Positions 20,206-29,748 of a stretch of 64,000 nucleotides of DNA are shown here, one piece after another. The notes under the pieces are model-generated. The model made no database searches. It was not told where the DNA came from and was given only the letters and a program-made list of their open reading frames with translations. The DNA comes from a virus. The stretch's first letter is position 1. Each line of letters starts with the position of its first letter. Position numbers and translations under genes: made by a program. The stretch lies in the IMG/VR virus record IMGVR_UViG_3300034073_003245, positions 21,717 through 85,716 of that record. One strand, 5' to 3'.

Positions 20206-20661
20206 TCAGACGACGCTCTGGACTGAAAATGTCAGCGCAAATGTCGTTGGCGCACCTGACGACGAGTCGCCGTCTGGCTCCGTAATCCCAACCAGGAGGC
20301 ATGAGGAGTAAACTCTGTCGGCGCCGCGAACCTTGATGTCACAGTCGTAAGTTGACACAGTGATGTCGTAGTAAGCACGGCCGACCAGCGGTCTAAGGTC
20401 CTTCAACTTCTTGGCAATGCCGGCAGCCTTGCCATCGTCGTTGTTGTCATCGTCAAAGTGGGCAGTCAGAGTGATGTCACCGATTTCTGCTGGCGCACAA
20501 AGAACTGTTGGAAACTTTGCGCCACCCTCATAAATCTTTTCAACAGATGCTGTGATTTCACCGCCTGAGACCTGGGCAAACCGGAAGGTTGTCCACTTTG
20601 GCAGCCCTTCGCTGACTGGTGTAATCTCGGCAAGAATTTGCCTCTGTGAAAGTTTAGCCAT
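20206..20661 (-). CDS. tail tube protein
   Basis: 151 aa after sheath; FAQVSGGEI...GDITLT...PDGDSSSG..TTFALTF. Confidence 0.8.
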   Translation of the reverse strand: MAKLSQRQILAEITPVSEGLPKWTTFRFAQVSGGEITASVEKIYEGGAKFPTVLCAPAEIGDITLTAHFDDDNNDDGKAAGIAKKLKDLRPLVGRAYYDITVSTYDCDIKVRGADRVYSSCLLVGITEPDGDSSSGAPTTFALTFSVQSVV

Positions 20662-20673
20662 TTCTGTCTCCTA

Positions 20674-22131
20674 TTAGACGGTAACTGTTGAGGTTAGGTT
20701 TGACTTGACAATCGTGACATTGATCTTGTCGCCAATGCCGGAAACGCGAACCCCAACCTGCGCCGAAACTGTTCCAGCAGCAAGGGAGGCTGTTGTGTTG
20801 ATTGATTCATCACACTTGACTGTATATCCATTGTCAACCTGAACGCCATTGGCATTGAAACCCTCGTACAGAGCGCCAATTGCCCTCATTCTCTCGCAGA
20901 TAGCAGTCAGTCTGCCGGTGATTGAAGCGAACAGGCTTCCTCTTGCGTCAATGACCGAGAACAGCAGGTCCTCCATTGAGGCAGAAGCCTCAACAACGAC
21001 ACTGTTGATAGTGTCTTGCGATGTGATGAAGCGGAAGTTCTCTGTGTCAGAGGAGAGTGACCGGGCTCCGTAGATCCGAACCTGATTTGCAATAATTCTG
21101 ATTGCATTAACGAAGTTCTCGTCAAGTTCGTCGCCAGTTGTCTTGTTTACATCAACCTCAACGCCATTGACGAAGTTTGCTGAAGAAATAAGACCGGCTG
21201 CTGGCTGATGAGGGCCAGTCTGGTTGTGTGCAAGAGCCCTCTTGCCGGCAATGTAGCCGTCGGGTGGGATCAGTCTATTGATGCCTGCGACCTCCGTTGG
21301 GACATAAACCCATGGGTAGTAGAGAGCGGCGTGTTCTGCACCATCTTCTCCCGCTAGGTCTGCTGCAACTGTTTCAGCGGCTGCGGCTGTCTGGCCATCG
21401 TCGGTGTGGAGAACGGCAATTCTATTGTAGGCATTTGCATGTGCAATTAGCGCAGTGTTGATTGAGTGAGTCTCTGGGCAAGAAACCGCACCAGCGCCGT
21501 ATGAGTCGCTGAACAACTCAAGGGCATCAACGAAGGCTGTAAATGTTGTATCAACGGTGTCATCGTCTCTGTCGTCATCGCCAGCGCTGAAAGAAACTGC
21601 AATTGTTGCTTCCGGAAGGTTGTCAGTGACTTTTGCCGCCGTAACGTACTTTGAAGCGATTGGGCTGTTGTTGATTGCGTTAACAATGGCGTCGTTAGAA
21701 GCCTTAAGGCCTGTAGCGTACACAAGGTCGCCCGCATAGTAAAGGCGAACGTTTCTCAGAAGGCCAGAGGCAACAACCTCTGCCTCAAGATCTTCGCTCC
21801 ATGAACCCTCGCCAACGGCAGTGAGAGTAATAACTGCAGCAGACGATGCTTCAAGGTCAAGCGAGCCGGAAGTAGCAGCAGGTCCAACAACTCTCGCGAT
21901 ATAGCACTGCGTGCCACCCTCTTCAAAGAAAGTCTGAACGGTTGGGTGCAGGTATGCGTAGGTGACATAGTCTCCATAGATTTGCTGGAACTCGGAAAGG
22001 CTTGTGACCTTAACCGCAGAGCCAGATGGCCCTCTTTGTGCAAGACCAACAAAAAAAGCCTGCGACGACTCTCTGATTGTTGCGCTAGTTGGACCAGTTC
22101 TTACTGCTGTGGATATTGTAACGCCCGGCAT
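20674..22131 (-). CDS. contractile tail sheath protein
   Basis: MPGVTI, FFEEGG..CYIARV, AALYYPWV, PPDGYIAG and IYGARSL sheath motifs. Confidence 0.93.
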   Translation of the reverse strand: MPGVTISTAVRTGPTSATIRESSQAFFVGLAQRGPSGSAVKVTSLSEFQQIYGDYVTYAYLHPTVQTFFEEGGTQCYIARVVGPAATSGSLDLEASSAAVITLTAVGEGSWSEDLEAEVVASGLLRNVRLYYAGDLVYATGLKASNDAIVNAINNSPIASKYVTAAKVTDNLPEATIAVSFSAGDDDRDDDTVDTTFTAFVDALELFSDSYGAGAVSCPETHSINTALIAHANAYNRIAVLHTDDGQTAAAAETVAADLAGEDGAEHAALYYPWVYVPTEVAGINRLIPPDGYIAGKRALAHNQTGPHQPAAGLISSANFVNGVEVDVNKTTGDELDENFVNAIRIIANQVRIYGARSLSSDTENFRFITSQDTINSVVVEASASMEDLLFSVIDARGSLFASITGRLTAICERMRAIGALYEGFNANGVQVDNGYTVKCDESINTTASLAAGTVSAQVGVRVSGIGDKINVTIVKSNLTSTVTV

Positions 22132-22149
22132 GGCACCTCTCTCCGTTGG

Positions 22150-22530
22150 TTAAAATTCGTCGCCTGATGGTGTCTCGGATTCCTCTGACGAATCCAATTG
22201 TACAGATGGCGAAGGTTCGGGTTCTGCAACTGTAGTAAAAGTTTCAGGTTCAGGCTGTGGCTCTTCTGCTTTCGCCTTCTTGCTCTTTGGGGCTGGTGCA
22301 GGATCTGACTGTGAAACAATTTTGTATTTTTTTGACTTAACGCCATCAAGCACTGCTGGATGGCATGCGCAGGCAACGCCAGTGTTTCCCGGATAAAGAA
22401 GAACAGATGGATTTCCTACTGAGACATTTCTGCCGGACACGTTGACGAATGTAACAACTCCAGCATCGGTTGACGCAAGTTCGGCGTTGGAATTGCTTTT
22501 GATTTTCTTTACATCATGCACATGTGCCAT
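22150..22530 (-). CDS. hypothetical protein with Pro/Glu-rich C-terminus
   Basis: ORF upstream of sheath; SD GGAG before ATG 22530. Confidence 0.55.
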   Translation of the reverse strand: MAHVHDVKKIKSNSNAELASTDAGVVTFVNVSGRNVSVGNPSVLLYPGNTGVACACHPAVLDGVKSKKYKIVSQSDPAPAPKSKKAKAEEPQPEPETFTTVAEPEPSPSVQLDSSEESETPSGDEF

Positions 22531-22578
22531 AAAAATCTCCATTGACTACAAAGTGACAAAATTGTACATCATAAAAAG

Positions 22579-23160
22579 TCACTCAAGACTGAGCGAAGAG
22601 TATGTAATTCCTATTTCACTAGCAGTTCCTATTGGTTGTCTATCAACAACTTCATCTATTGACAGGTCGTAAGATATATACGCACCAGCCATTACTCTGT
22701 CTCCCTTGAGAAGCGTTAGATCAGAGAATTGCTCCTGCATTGATGCTTCGTCTATCTGTACTCTAAAAGTCTCACGCTCGTCCATTGCCTGTAAACACGG
22801 GTAGTCCAGCAGCGCAGACCTAACAACAGTGGTGAGCCGGTCCCTCATCAATGTCACTTCCTCTGATCCAATATCCCTGGCCCAAACATATGTTCTCATA
22901 GAGTAGTTGACTCTATATAGCGGATTGTCTCCGCTGTAGCCAATTCTATTAAAATTATTAGTTGACATCACAACAGTAATAACAGTTGGCCATGAATCAA
23001 GAGCAACTGGCTCGTAAGTGAGGAATGTAATTGGATCCGGCATATTCCCATCATGCGCAGACCAGCCGTTACGGTAGGAAACAAGCCGGACCGGAATATC
23101 CCTTTTAAGGTATTCATTAACGTAGTTCTTGGCAAACTGAGCGCCATTCATTAGTTCCAT
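22579..23160 (-). CDS. tail completion / terminator protein
   Basis: Size and synteny between neck and sheath genes. Confidence 0.55.
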   Translation of the reverse strand: MELMNGAQFAKNYVNEYLKRDIPVRLVSYRNGWSAHDGNMPDPITFLTYEPVALDSWPTVITVVMSTNNFNRIGYSGDNPLYRVNYSMRTYVWARDIGSEEVTLMRDRLTTVVRSALLDYPCLQAMDERETFRVQIDEASMQEQFSDLTLLKGDRVMAGAYISYDLSIDEVVDRQPIGTASEIGITYSSLSLE

Positions 23161-23615
23161 CAGTCTGCATCCTCAAGGTATTCGGCAACGTCTTTCTCTA
23201 GTTGCTTTGCAAACAGCGGCGGCTCAAAAATGATCTCTCTTTTTGGCATGCTCCACGTCCCAAATTGGTGGAACTTGGCAACATCACCCCTAATACCAAA
23301 TGTTGCACTTTTCTTTCTTATGACCCTTACATTGAGCCTCTCAAGAGACCGGAACAGTTTGCCGTTTTGCACCAGCATTGGAGCGCCGATGTACCTCTTC
23401 GCTTTCCACGCCCCATACTCTGCGTCAAGCGGCTTCCAACCACCAACAAGACTTCCCTGGGTTGTGAAGTTAAAGATCCAAGATTCTTTAAGTCTTTCTT
23501 CTGCTTTTAAAAAAACAGGTTCTAAATTTTTAGTTCTTCTTTCAACTTTTTTTAATAAATCTCTTAAAGGATCGCCGTCAAACTCAATCTGGTATCTAAT
23601 TTTTCTCGCATACAT
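23160..23615 (-). CDS. virion morphogenesis / neck protein (Mu gpG-like)
   Basis: GGWKPL...LVQNGKLFRSL...AKFHQFGT..MPKR motif. Confidence 0.75.
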   Translation of the reverse strand: MYARKIRYQIEFDGDPLRDLLKKVERRTKNLEPVFLKAEERLKESWIFNFTTQGSLVGGWKPLDAEYGAWKAKRYIGAPMLVQNGKLFRSLERLNVRVIRKKSATFGIRGDVAKFHQFGTWSMPKREIIFEPPLFAKQLEKDVAEYLEDAD

Positions 23616-23617
23616 TT

Positions 23618-24268
23618 TTACGCAACCCGAGTTCTACGGTACTTTTTCACGGACATGAGTTCCCGCTCGGTAAACCCAGTCTCTAGAGGGGCGACGTTTC
23701 TTGACTCTAAATCCTTGATCCCGACAACGTCGTCATGCATATTTTGCATTTCTCTTGTCGCGGCGCGGAGTATCAAAAGTTTGAAGAAAGGTATTGCCTC
23801 GCCATCAAGGCCAGCCTCGTAGGTAACCGTAACCAAATCATCAGCCAACAGCAGATACACATCAATCCCATAGCGACGCACTACGTAGTCTCTTTCTGCG
23901 ACGAGGGTCTGCTCGGTACCGTTGATGGGCTTAACCTTGACTTCCGATACGGACACAACGGGAGAATTTCTTAGATAGACAGTCTCTGGAGGCATCGCAT
24001 AGTTAATGGCGCTTTGCTGTGAATTTCCCTGGCTTGTATAAAAAGAAGATTCTAAATTGTGGTTGTAGAAAAATGAGGACATCGGCATTGGCTGGTTGAA
24101 CGAAGAAACCCTGTGTTCCTCAATAAATTCAGTCACCTCAATCGGCCTTCTCAGGTACGTCTCAAGTTCGCTTTGCAGGCCAGCGAGAACCATGTCGGCA
24201 GCGTCCTGTTGACGCAGCGACAGGCTTATGTCCATGTAAGTGACAAGGTCTTGTGCCGTAACCAGCAT
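23618..24268 (-). CDS. head-tail connector/adaptor protein
   Basis: MLVT..DL.TY...LETYLRRP, L...PVVSVSEV and VTVTYEAG pattern. Confidence 0.75.
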   Translation of the reverse strand: MLVTAQDLVTYMDISLSLRQQDAADMVLAGLQSELETYLRRPIEVTEFIEEHRVSSFNQPMPMSSFFYNHNLESSFYTSQGNSQQSAINYAMPPETVYLRNSPVVSVSEVKVKPINGTEQTLVAERDYVVRRYGIDVYLLLADDLVTVTYEAGLDGEAIPFFKLLILRAATREMQNMHDDVVGIKDLESRNVAPLETGFTERELMSVKKYRRTRVA

Positions 24269-24293
24269 TGCTTATACCCCCTAGGGGTTTAAA

Positions 24294-24500
24294 TCAGCCG
24301 CGACCGCGACGACGGAACAGGTTGGTGACGCCCTCGCGCACGATGTCGCGGACACGCTCTTCCTGGGTTCCGCCCTGGCCAAAGCGCCGCCTGCCCAACT
24401 GTGCAGCGGAGCGGCCAACTCTGCGAATTCTGCTTGAGCGACGGCCGCCTCTTCTGCCTCCGCGACCGCCCCCGAGAGTAAACTTCAAGCCTGGGATCAT
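24294..24500 (-). CDS. small Arg/Gly-rich basic protein (68 aa)
   Basis: SD AGGAG upstream and promoter at 24530; sequence GGGRGGRRGGRRSSRIRR... Confidence 0.65.
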   Translation of the reverse strand: MIPGLKFTLGGGRGGRRGGRRSSRIRRVGRSAAQLGRRRFGQGGTQEERVRDIVREGVTNLFRRRGRG

Positions 24501-24529
24501 TGAAAACTCCTAATCAAGTGTTTTCAGTG

Positions 24530-24538
24530 ATTGTACCA
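24530..24538 (-). promoter_or_regulatory. extended -10 promoter (TGgTACAAT) heading the neck-tail operon
   Basis: Near-consensus TGnTAnnnT in the intergenic gap. Confidence 0.55.
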
Positions 24539-24558
24539 CTATGCAAATAGCGCTTTTG

Positions 24559-25107
24559 TTATCTGTCAGCGTTTGGCGGTTTTTCAGCAGTAAAGCCAGA
24601 GTCAACAGTACCCGCTGGCGCCTCAACTGGAACCCATGCGCGAGAGTATTTGTGATTAGCCACATCTCTGTGCTTTAAAAGGGACCCGTCCATCATTAGT
24701 TGATACTCGTCGGTCTTCATTTGAAGCAAAGAATCCATGTCTTTTTTGTCATATTTTTTTGACCTAATGATGTTTCTAATAATGCTGGAAACTGGCTTGG
24801 CAACCATGGTTGTTCTGCCCCTGTTGAGACGTATGTGCATCAATTGTGCGTCAATGCTGTCGCAGTCAAAAAAGATCACAGGGCAACTACCTCCGCATGC
24901 ATCCTGTATGCGTTTTTGAGACTGCCCCAACAAGAGTCTCTCATTCCCATCAATAACTATATTTGTTGACGACTGGACAATCAGTGGAGAAAGAATCCCG
25001 TAGTCAGCCAACGAACGAGATAGGACCAAAAGATCCGGGCGAAGAATGTGGGTTGATTTAAATGGGGCAACATGAAGTTCCGCGAAGTCAACATAATCAA
25101 TCTTCAT
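24559..25107 (-). CDS. ParB/Srx-like N-terminal domain protein (IbrB-like)
   Basis: SLADYGILSPLIV...IVIDGNER...IRLNRGR; coupled to the PAPS-reductase-like gene. Confidence 0.75.
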   Translation of the reverse strand: MKIDYVDFAELHVAPFKSTHILRPDLLVLSRSLADYGILSPLIVQSSTNIVIDGNERLLLGQSQKRIQDACGGSCPVIFFDCDSIDAQLMHIRLNRGRTTMVAKPVSSIIRNIIRSKKYDKKDMDSLLQMKTDEYQLMMDGSLLKHRDVANHKYSRAWVPVEAPAGTVDSGFTAEKPPNADR

Positions 25108-26236
25108 TTGCTAGTTCCTGTTCTGCTGCTTTCTGTCTAAGAGTGTGCGCCTTGGTCTTTGGCCCGACCGGCGCTGCTGCGGCAACGTTTATTTCATTGA
25201 GAAGAAGGTTCCGTATAAGCCAGTTGATCGGGTACGAGTACGGGTCAGCGAGATGCTTTTTTCTGAAGTCGGCTACATAAGCCTTTGCGCGACGTTCATT
25301 ATCTATTCCAAGCATGTTTTCATCTATGCATCGCTTAGCGCCATCAAAACCGTCATTCGCGTAACTCTCAATTAATTTCTCAACATCAAAGTCTTTCCAC
25401 CATCTGCGCTGAGCATCAATTTCCGGCCAACACTCCCAGAGCCTGTCGTAAAACTCTGGCTCGGTGGCTATTACGTCACCAATCCTACGGATAGCGACAG
25501 AGTGGAGGGGAATACCGACACGTGTGTTGCTCCCAGTTAGCGCAGCAACATCGTAATACTCGCAATACTCCGCATTATGCTCTTCTGAAATAAATTTCAG
25601 AACATCATCCATTTGCCAGTCATAGATTACTTTTGCAAACTTCAAAGGTATTGACTTCTTCATTCTGTACGGCGAAACAATGTAGTTTTCGTGCAGTTTT
25701 TGAACCAGAGAACGGTATCTAACCATGGACTCGTTGGCTCTAACGCCAGTGATAAAAGCAACGCTCCCCTTCTTTCCCTGCATTGTGTAGTAGTCAACCA
25801 TTTCCGGCAATCCCTCGTCTGAGGTGAGCCCAAAATGCTCTGCAGTGATAGCCCACTCAGGTATCGGTCTAACCCTGCGACCCTCTTTATATCTCTCATT
25901 GCTCCACAGAACAACAGGCTGTCTAGCCCCAAGAACCCATACTTCTGCCAGATATGGCAAGCAGTACCACTCCATATCAACCCAGTCATATTGCCTGACT
26001 TTGTTGGCATACTCGTAAATCATGGGGCTGACCATTTCTTCATCTCTAAAGATGACCTTTACTGGTCCGAGCCCACGTTCTTCATGCACTTCTTTTGCTA
26101 GATACAAAACGGCAGTGCTGTCTTTGCCCCCAGAAAACTGGACGCATACGGTGTCAAAGGAATCATAAACGTGCCTAATGCGCTGGCGGGCTGCTTCAAC
26201 TACGTCTATGTCAAGAAACATCCTCTGTCTAGTCAT
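25097..26236 (-). CDS. PAPS reductase / PP-loop family protein (IbrA-like)
   Basis: QFSGGKDS PP-loop, FRDEE, TGVRANES..R and IYDW motifs. Confidence 0.85.
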   Translation of the reverse strand: MTRQRMFLDIDVVEAARQRIRHVYDSFDTVCVQFSGGKDSTAVLYLAKEVHEERGLGPVKVIFRDEEMVSPMIYEYANKVRQYDWVDMEWYCLPYLAEVWVLGARQPVVLWSNERYKEGRRVRPIPEWAITAEHFGLTSDEGLPEMVDYYTMQGKKGSVAFITGVRANESMVRYRSLVQKLHENYIVSPYRMKKSIPLKFAKVIYDWQMDDVLKFISEEHNAEYCEYYDVAALTGSNTRVGIPLHSVAIRRIGDVIATEPEFYDRLWECWPEIDAQRRWWKDFDVEKLIESYANDGFDGAKRCIDENMLGIDNERRAKAYVADFRKKHLADPYSYPINWLIRNLLLNEINVAAAAPVGPKTKAHTLRQKAAEQELANED

Positions 26237-26502
26237 AGGTATGTAACCAATCCGCTCAGCCTTGAAATTTCCGCTCTCAGTTCATCAATAACTCTATTGA
26301 GGCGATTTATTTCAAGATCTTTTTCGTCGGGCTTGCTGTAGTAGGGGTTGTTTTTGTTGTGGACCAAAGTTGCGTATCCGGACATGAGATATTCACCCCA
26401 GTTGTCTCGCATATAGGCCCACCACTGTTCCCAGTCCTGCATGGACATCTTTCCTGCAGAACGGAATTCAACTCCAATTTCAGCGCCACTTCCTATAGCC
26501 AT
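26233..26502 (-). CDS. hypothetical protein
   Basis: 89-aa ORF translationally coupled on both sides. Confidence 0.55.
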   Translation of the reverse strand: MAIGSGAEIGVEFRSAGKMSMQDWEQWWAYMRDNWGEYLMSGYATLVHNKNNPYYSKPDEKDLEINRLNRVIDELRAEISRLSGLVTYL

Positions 26503-27275
26503 CAGTAATCAGCAACCGAGTCAAGAAAGTTAATCAATTTTTCTGATGTTGTATTGCCGTCAGTTCCGGGGTCGTTGCGAAGCCACCGGATGAATTCATA
26601 CCATCGTCTCTGCTGTTCTGGATTGTCAAAAACAAGCGTGTATTGGACCACTGCCTGGGGGGCTGATCCCGGTGCAACAACAGTGCTGCCAGAAACGGCG
26701 ACTTCCCTGTGGTCAATATCCCTATTTGCGACAATCTTGCGCTCACCCTCTTCGTCTTCTTCAACATTGAGGGTTGGTGCCTGTGGGCGCTCCATGACGA
26801 CAGGTGGGACGTATCCACCAGCGATGGGAGAAATGACTTCACTGGCAATCTGGGATTCCTCCATAGCGGCCATCTCAAACTCATCCCAACCAAGATCTTC
26901 TAGCAATTCCGGATAGGAGTCATATACGTCAATAAGAAGATCGCTGAGTTCCCTGGGGTCTGTATGTCCAAGTTCCATCGTTCTGTTGTCTGCAAGCGCG
27001 TAGGCAATCGCCGTTTCGTCTGGCACGTCCATTTGTACGGCAGCAATTTCAGTCCACCCAAGACGTTTGGCGGCTTCAAGTTGGTGGTTTCCTGCGATGA
27101 CGGTGTATGTTCCGTCAGAATTAGGTCGCACGACTATTGGCTTCATCTGCCCGAACTCGCTGTACGAGGATGCAATAGCGCCGATGTTGCCTCGCCTGGG
27201 GTTTTTCTCCAGTGGTAACAACTGTTCTATTGGCAGTGCAAGTGACTGCAGGTCTTGGGAAATCTTATTAATCAT
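26502..27275 (-). CDS. ParB N-terminal domain protein
   Basis: NPRRGN...FGQMKPIVV...VIAGNHQLEAAKRLGW...ALADNR. Confidence 0.85.
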   Translation of the reverse strand: MINKISQDLQSLALPIEQLLPLEKNPRRGNIGAIASSYSEFGQMKPIVVRPNSDGTYTVIAGNHQLEAAKRLGWTEIAAVQMDVPDETAIAYALADNRTMELGHTDPRELSDLLIDVYDSYPELLEDLGWDEFEMAAMEESQIASEVISPIAGGYVPPVVMERPQAPTLNVEEDEEGERKIVANRDIDHREVAVSGSTVVAPGSAPQAVVQYTLVFDNPEQQRRWYEFIRWLRNDPGTDGNTTSEKLINFLDSVADY

Positions 27276-27619
27276 GAAATAACCTGCGCCCTCACATTGG
27301 CGTTTAGAGTACGCATTGCGTCTATTGATGTACGCAATGACAATAGTTTTTCGCGCTTTGACTTTAGGAGTGCTTCGGCAATTTTGAAGTCAAAGTTTTC
27401 GTCGGCAAGTTTGTAGTCAGCCCACGCTTCTCTCTCTTTAATTGACCCTTTGGCAGAGAGATACTCTTTTGCCCAGTTTGATTTGTAAAGTGCTTCTTTT
27501 TTAGCCTGATCTTCTGCGAGTGATTCAAAAGCCTCTGTCTCCTCTTCAAGTAGGCCTATCAGCCTGGTTAACTCATGCTCAATGTCAACTTGGCTGATCG
27601 GTTTGTTTCTATTTATCAT
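27272..27619 (-). CDS. coiled-coil hypothetical protein (possibly a recombination mediator)
   Basis: Likely start ATG 27619 (ATGA overlap); helical; next to RuvC. Confidence 0.55.
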   Translation of the reverse strand: MINRNKPISQVDIEHELTRLIGLLEEETEAFESLAEDQAKKEALYKSNWAKEYLSAKGSIKEREAWADYKLADENFDFKIAEALLKSKREKLLSLRTSIDAMRTLNANVRAQVIS

Positions 27620-28152
27620 TTTTCTCCAAGCAGAGTATCTAGCGGGGACCAATCTATCTTTTCCAAAGAAGACAGTTGCTCCTTGGTCCAACTGTATTGT
27701 GATTCACCAATTTTTACAATCCCCATTTCCCTCAAAACCCACGCATCACATTCGTCATCAGCGCTTCCTCCACTAAACAAGATCCCGGTCTTTGAAGAGA
27801 TTGCGGATATGACTTCAGACTTTCCTGCGTTGCCTTTTCCGGTGGCAAATTTCGCCCTAGATGTAGGCGGTATGTCAATGAACGGAATATTTGATTCCCA
27901 CAAAAGCATCCGTATGCATCCACCTAGTTCTCCAATGCTGTGCGCTTGGGAATTTCTTGAAGCAAATGAATAACTTTCAATTATTACAAGATCAATATTT
28001 AAATTTTCGCACAATTCAATCACGCCACGGCTAACCGCAGAAAGGCGTGATGCTCCCCGCAGAGTCGTTTTAATGACTTCTGTTCCAGCGCTTGTTGATA
28101 TCCCTGTTGAGGTCAAAGAAGGGTCTATGCCGGCAATATTGATTAATCCCAC
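27616..28152 (-). CDS. ruvC: RuvC-like Holliday junction resolvase
   Basis: GIDPSLTSTG, VIIESY, ELGG, KFATGKGNAGK and DDECDA acidic motifs. Confidence 0.85.
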   Translation of the reverse strand: MGLINIAGIDPSLTSTGISTSAGTEVIKTTLRGASRLSAVSRGVIELCENLNIDLVIIESYSFASRNSQAHSIGELGGCIRMLLWESNIPFIDIPPTSRAKFATGKGNAGKSEVISAISSKTGILFSGGSADDECDAWVLREMGIVKIGESQYSWTKEQLSSLEKIDWSPLDTLLGEK

Positions 28153-28442
28153 GAATGTCTCGCTAGACCAAGATCAAAAGCCAATTGCGGATTGTCCCCT
28201 ATCCGCCTATGACAAGGCCTGCAAACGGCAAGGAGATTGTCTTCATCAAGAATTGAGCCACCCTGAGAACGCCGTACAAGTTCATGGATGTCAACTGCCA
28301 TTTGGCGCGTGTAAACAACCTTGCCATCGTGTTCGGCAAAAACAGGGCACGCTTCGCAGAGCGGACGCTCTTCAAGCAGTCTCTTGACAAGTGGGCGTCT
28401 AAGCCGGTATTCCGCTTCTTTTTTCTTTGACCTGTATCTCAC
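28143..28442 (-). CDS. HNH endonuclease
   Basis: CEAC...DIHE..RRSQGG...NLLAVCRPCH. Confidence 0.8.
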   Translation of the reverse strand: MRYRSKKKEAEYRLRRPLVKRLLEERPLCEACPVFAEHDGKVVYTRQMAVDIHELVRRSQGGSILDEDNLLAVCRPCHRRIGDNPQLAFDLGLARHSWD

Positions 28443-28462
28443 AGGGCGGATACTACTACTCG

Positions 28463-28969
28463 TTAGAGCGAGTCTCCGGATATGTCGTCAAATTCCCACT
28501 TGTTATTGAGTGCTGCCCAGAGTGCTCTGTCAACTGCGGTGTCTTCAAGATCAAACTCTTTCAACATCTGACGATGAGTAGCGATTGCTCGCTTGAAGAA
28601 CTCAACTTGCTCCCACCCGTCAGACTTGATTTGAGTTCCAGTTTCAATCATCATCATGACGTCATCAAGGCGTCTATTGACGTGAAACTTAAATCTGTCA
28701 ATCTTGATTATTTTGCCCTGGTATGCCTTCGCTGCCTCTCGGGCTAGTTTTTCTCCGCTACGCCCCATTGACAAATACCGGTCAGCATCTGCTTCGGCAT
28801 CCTCCTTGATGTTTTCAATTTGGGCATCAAGGTTGTCAATGAGCATCAAAAGAGCGTCTTTCCAACGGCCCCAGTTTTGGGGCTCAAGAAGGATCGCCCT
28901 CTGGCTTGGGGAGAGTTTGTTTTTTACCTCTTCCGCAACCATTCTGGCAAAAGTGTCGTCATTAATCAT
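28463..28969 (-). CDS. hypothetical protein
   Basis: Likely start ATG 28969 (TAATG overlap); helical ORF. Confidence 0.6.
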   Translation of the reverse strand: MINDDTFARMVAEEVKNKLSPSQRAILLEPQNWGRWKDALLMLIDNLDAQIENIKEDAEADADRYLSMGRSGEKLAREAAKAYQGKIIKIDRFKFHVNRRLDDVMMMIETGTQIKSDGWEQVEFFKRAIATHRQMLKEFDLEDTAVDRALWAALNNKWEFDDISGDSL

Positions 28970-29748
28970 TATTCCCACGCTGGACATATTTTTTTGTATG
29001 AACACCATCCGCACAAGACGGATTTAACTGGTTCAAATTCCTCCGATTCGCATTTCTTGTCTATTTCTTCTTTTGTCTTGACAACTGTTTCCTCAACAGA
29101 TTCAAGTTCTATTTTTGTAACACTCTTATTGAACTTAACCCCATCTTTTAGATAAAGAAGTTCAACCTCAGTTGCTGTCCCCAGACCTATTGATTCCAGC
29201 AAATGAGAATAAACAAGGAGTTGGAAAAACTTATCCCCGACCCACTTTTGTTTCGGTGTTTTACCTGTTTTGTAGTCAGAGATAACGAAAGTTTCGTCAT
29301 CTTCTGATTTGCTGTACCTATCAATAAAGCCTTTAATCCTGACGCCACCTATTTCACCGTTAAGTTCTGTTTCAATGCCGGTTGGCGAGACGTATTGTGG
29401 ATTTTCAATCTTCCACAGGTTTTCTATACACCACCAAGAGTTCCACCTGAACAGACGCATTTTGTCTTCCCCGCGAACATATTGGACAACCCTGTCGTGA
29501 TACTGCTCGTCCCAAACTTGCTTTGCGAGAAATTTCGCAGTTTCCTGCGTTCTGTCTTCTGGTGGAAGCGCGTACATCTCCTCAAGAACAGTGTGAACAA
29601 AATTGCCCATCAGGGTTGCCTCTGTGGGGGCGTCTGGGATCAGATCAATTTTGCTGTATTTGAACTTCAGGGGACACTGCTTAAATGTCCCCATTGAAGA
29701 CGGGGACAGATGCGGTGGCGGTGAAAACGCCAAGTTATTCCGCCTCAA
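28969..29748 (-). CDS. PD-(D/E)xK exonuclease (RecB/AddB/Cas4-like, 4-Cys)
   Basis: LSPSS...QCP, GFIDR...DYKTG, QL.VY and C-terminal CGWC.Y..IC. Confidence 0.88.
   Translation of the reverse strand: MRRNNLAFSPPPHLSPSSMGTFKQCPLKFKYSKIDLIPDAPTEATLMGNFVHTVLEEMYALPPEDRTQETAKFLAKQVWDEQYHDRVVQYVRGEDKMRLFRWNSWWCIENLWKIENPQYVSPTGIETELNGEIGGVRIKGFIDRYSKSEDDETFVISDYKTGKTPKQKWVGDKFFQLLVYSHLLESIGLGTATEVELLYLKDGVKFNKSVTKIELESVEETVVKTKEEIDKKCESEEFEPVKSVLCGWCSYKKICPAWE

Noticed and set aside
28969-29748. Cas4-like gene as part of a CRISPR system
   Set aside because: No array or other cas genes; its context with Rad52/Sak and RuvC indicates recombination.
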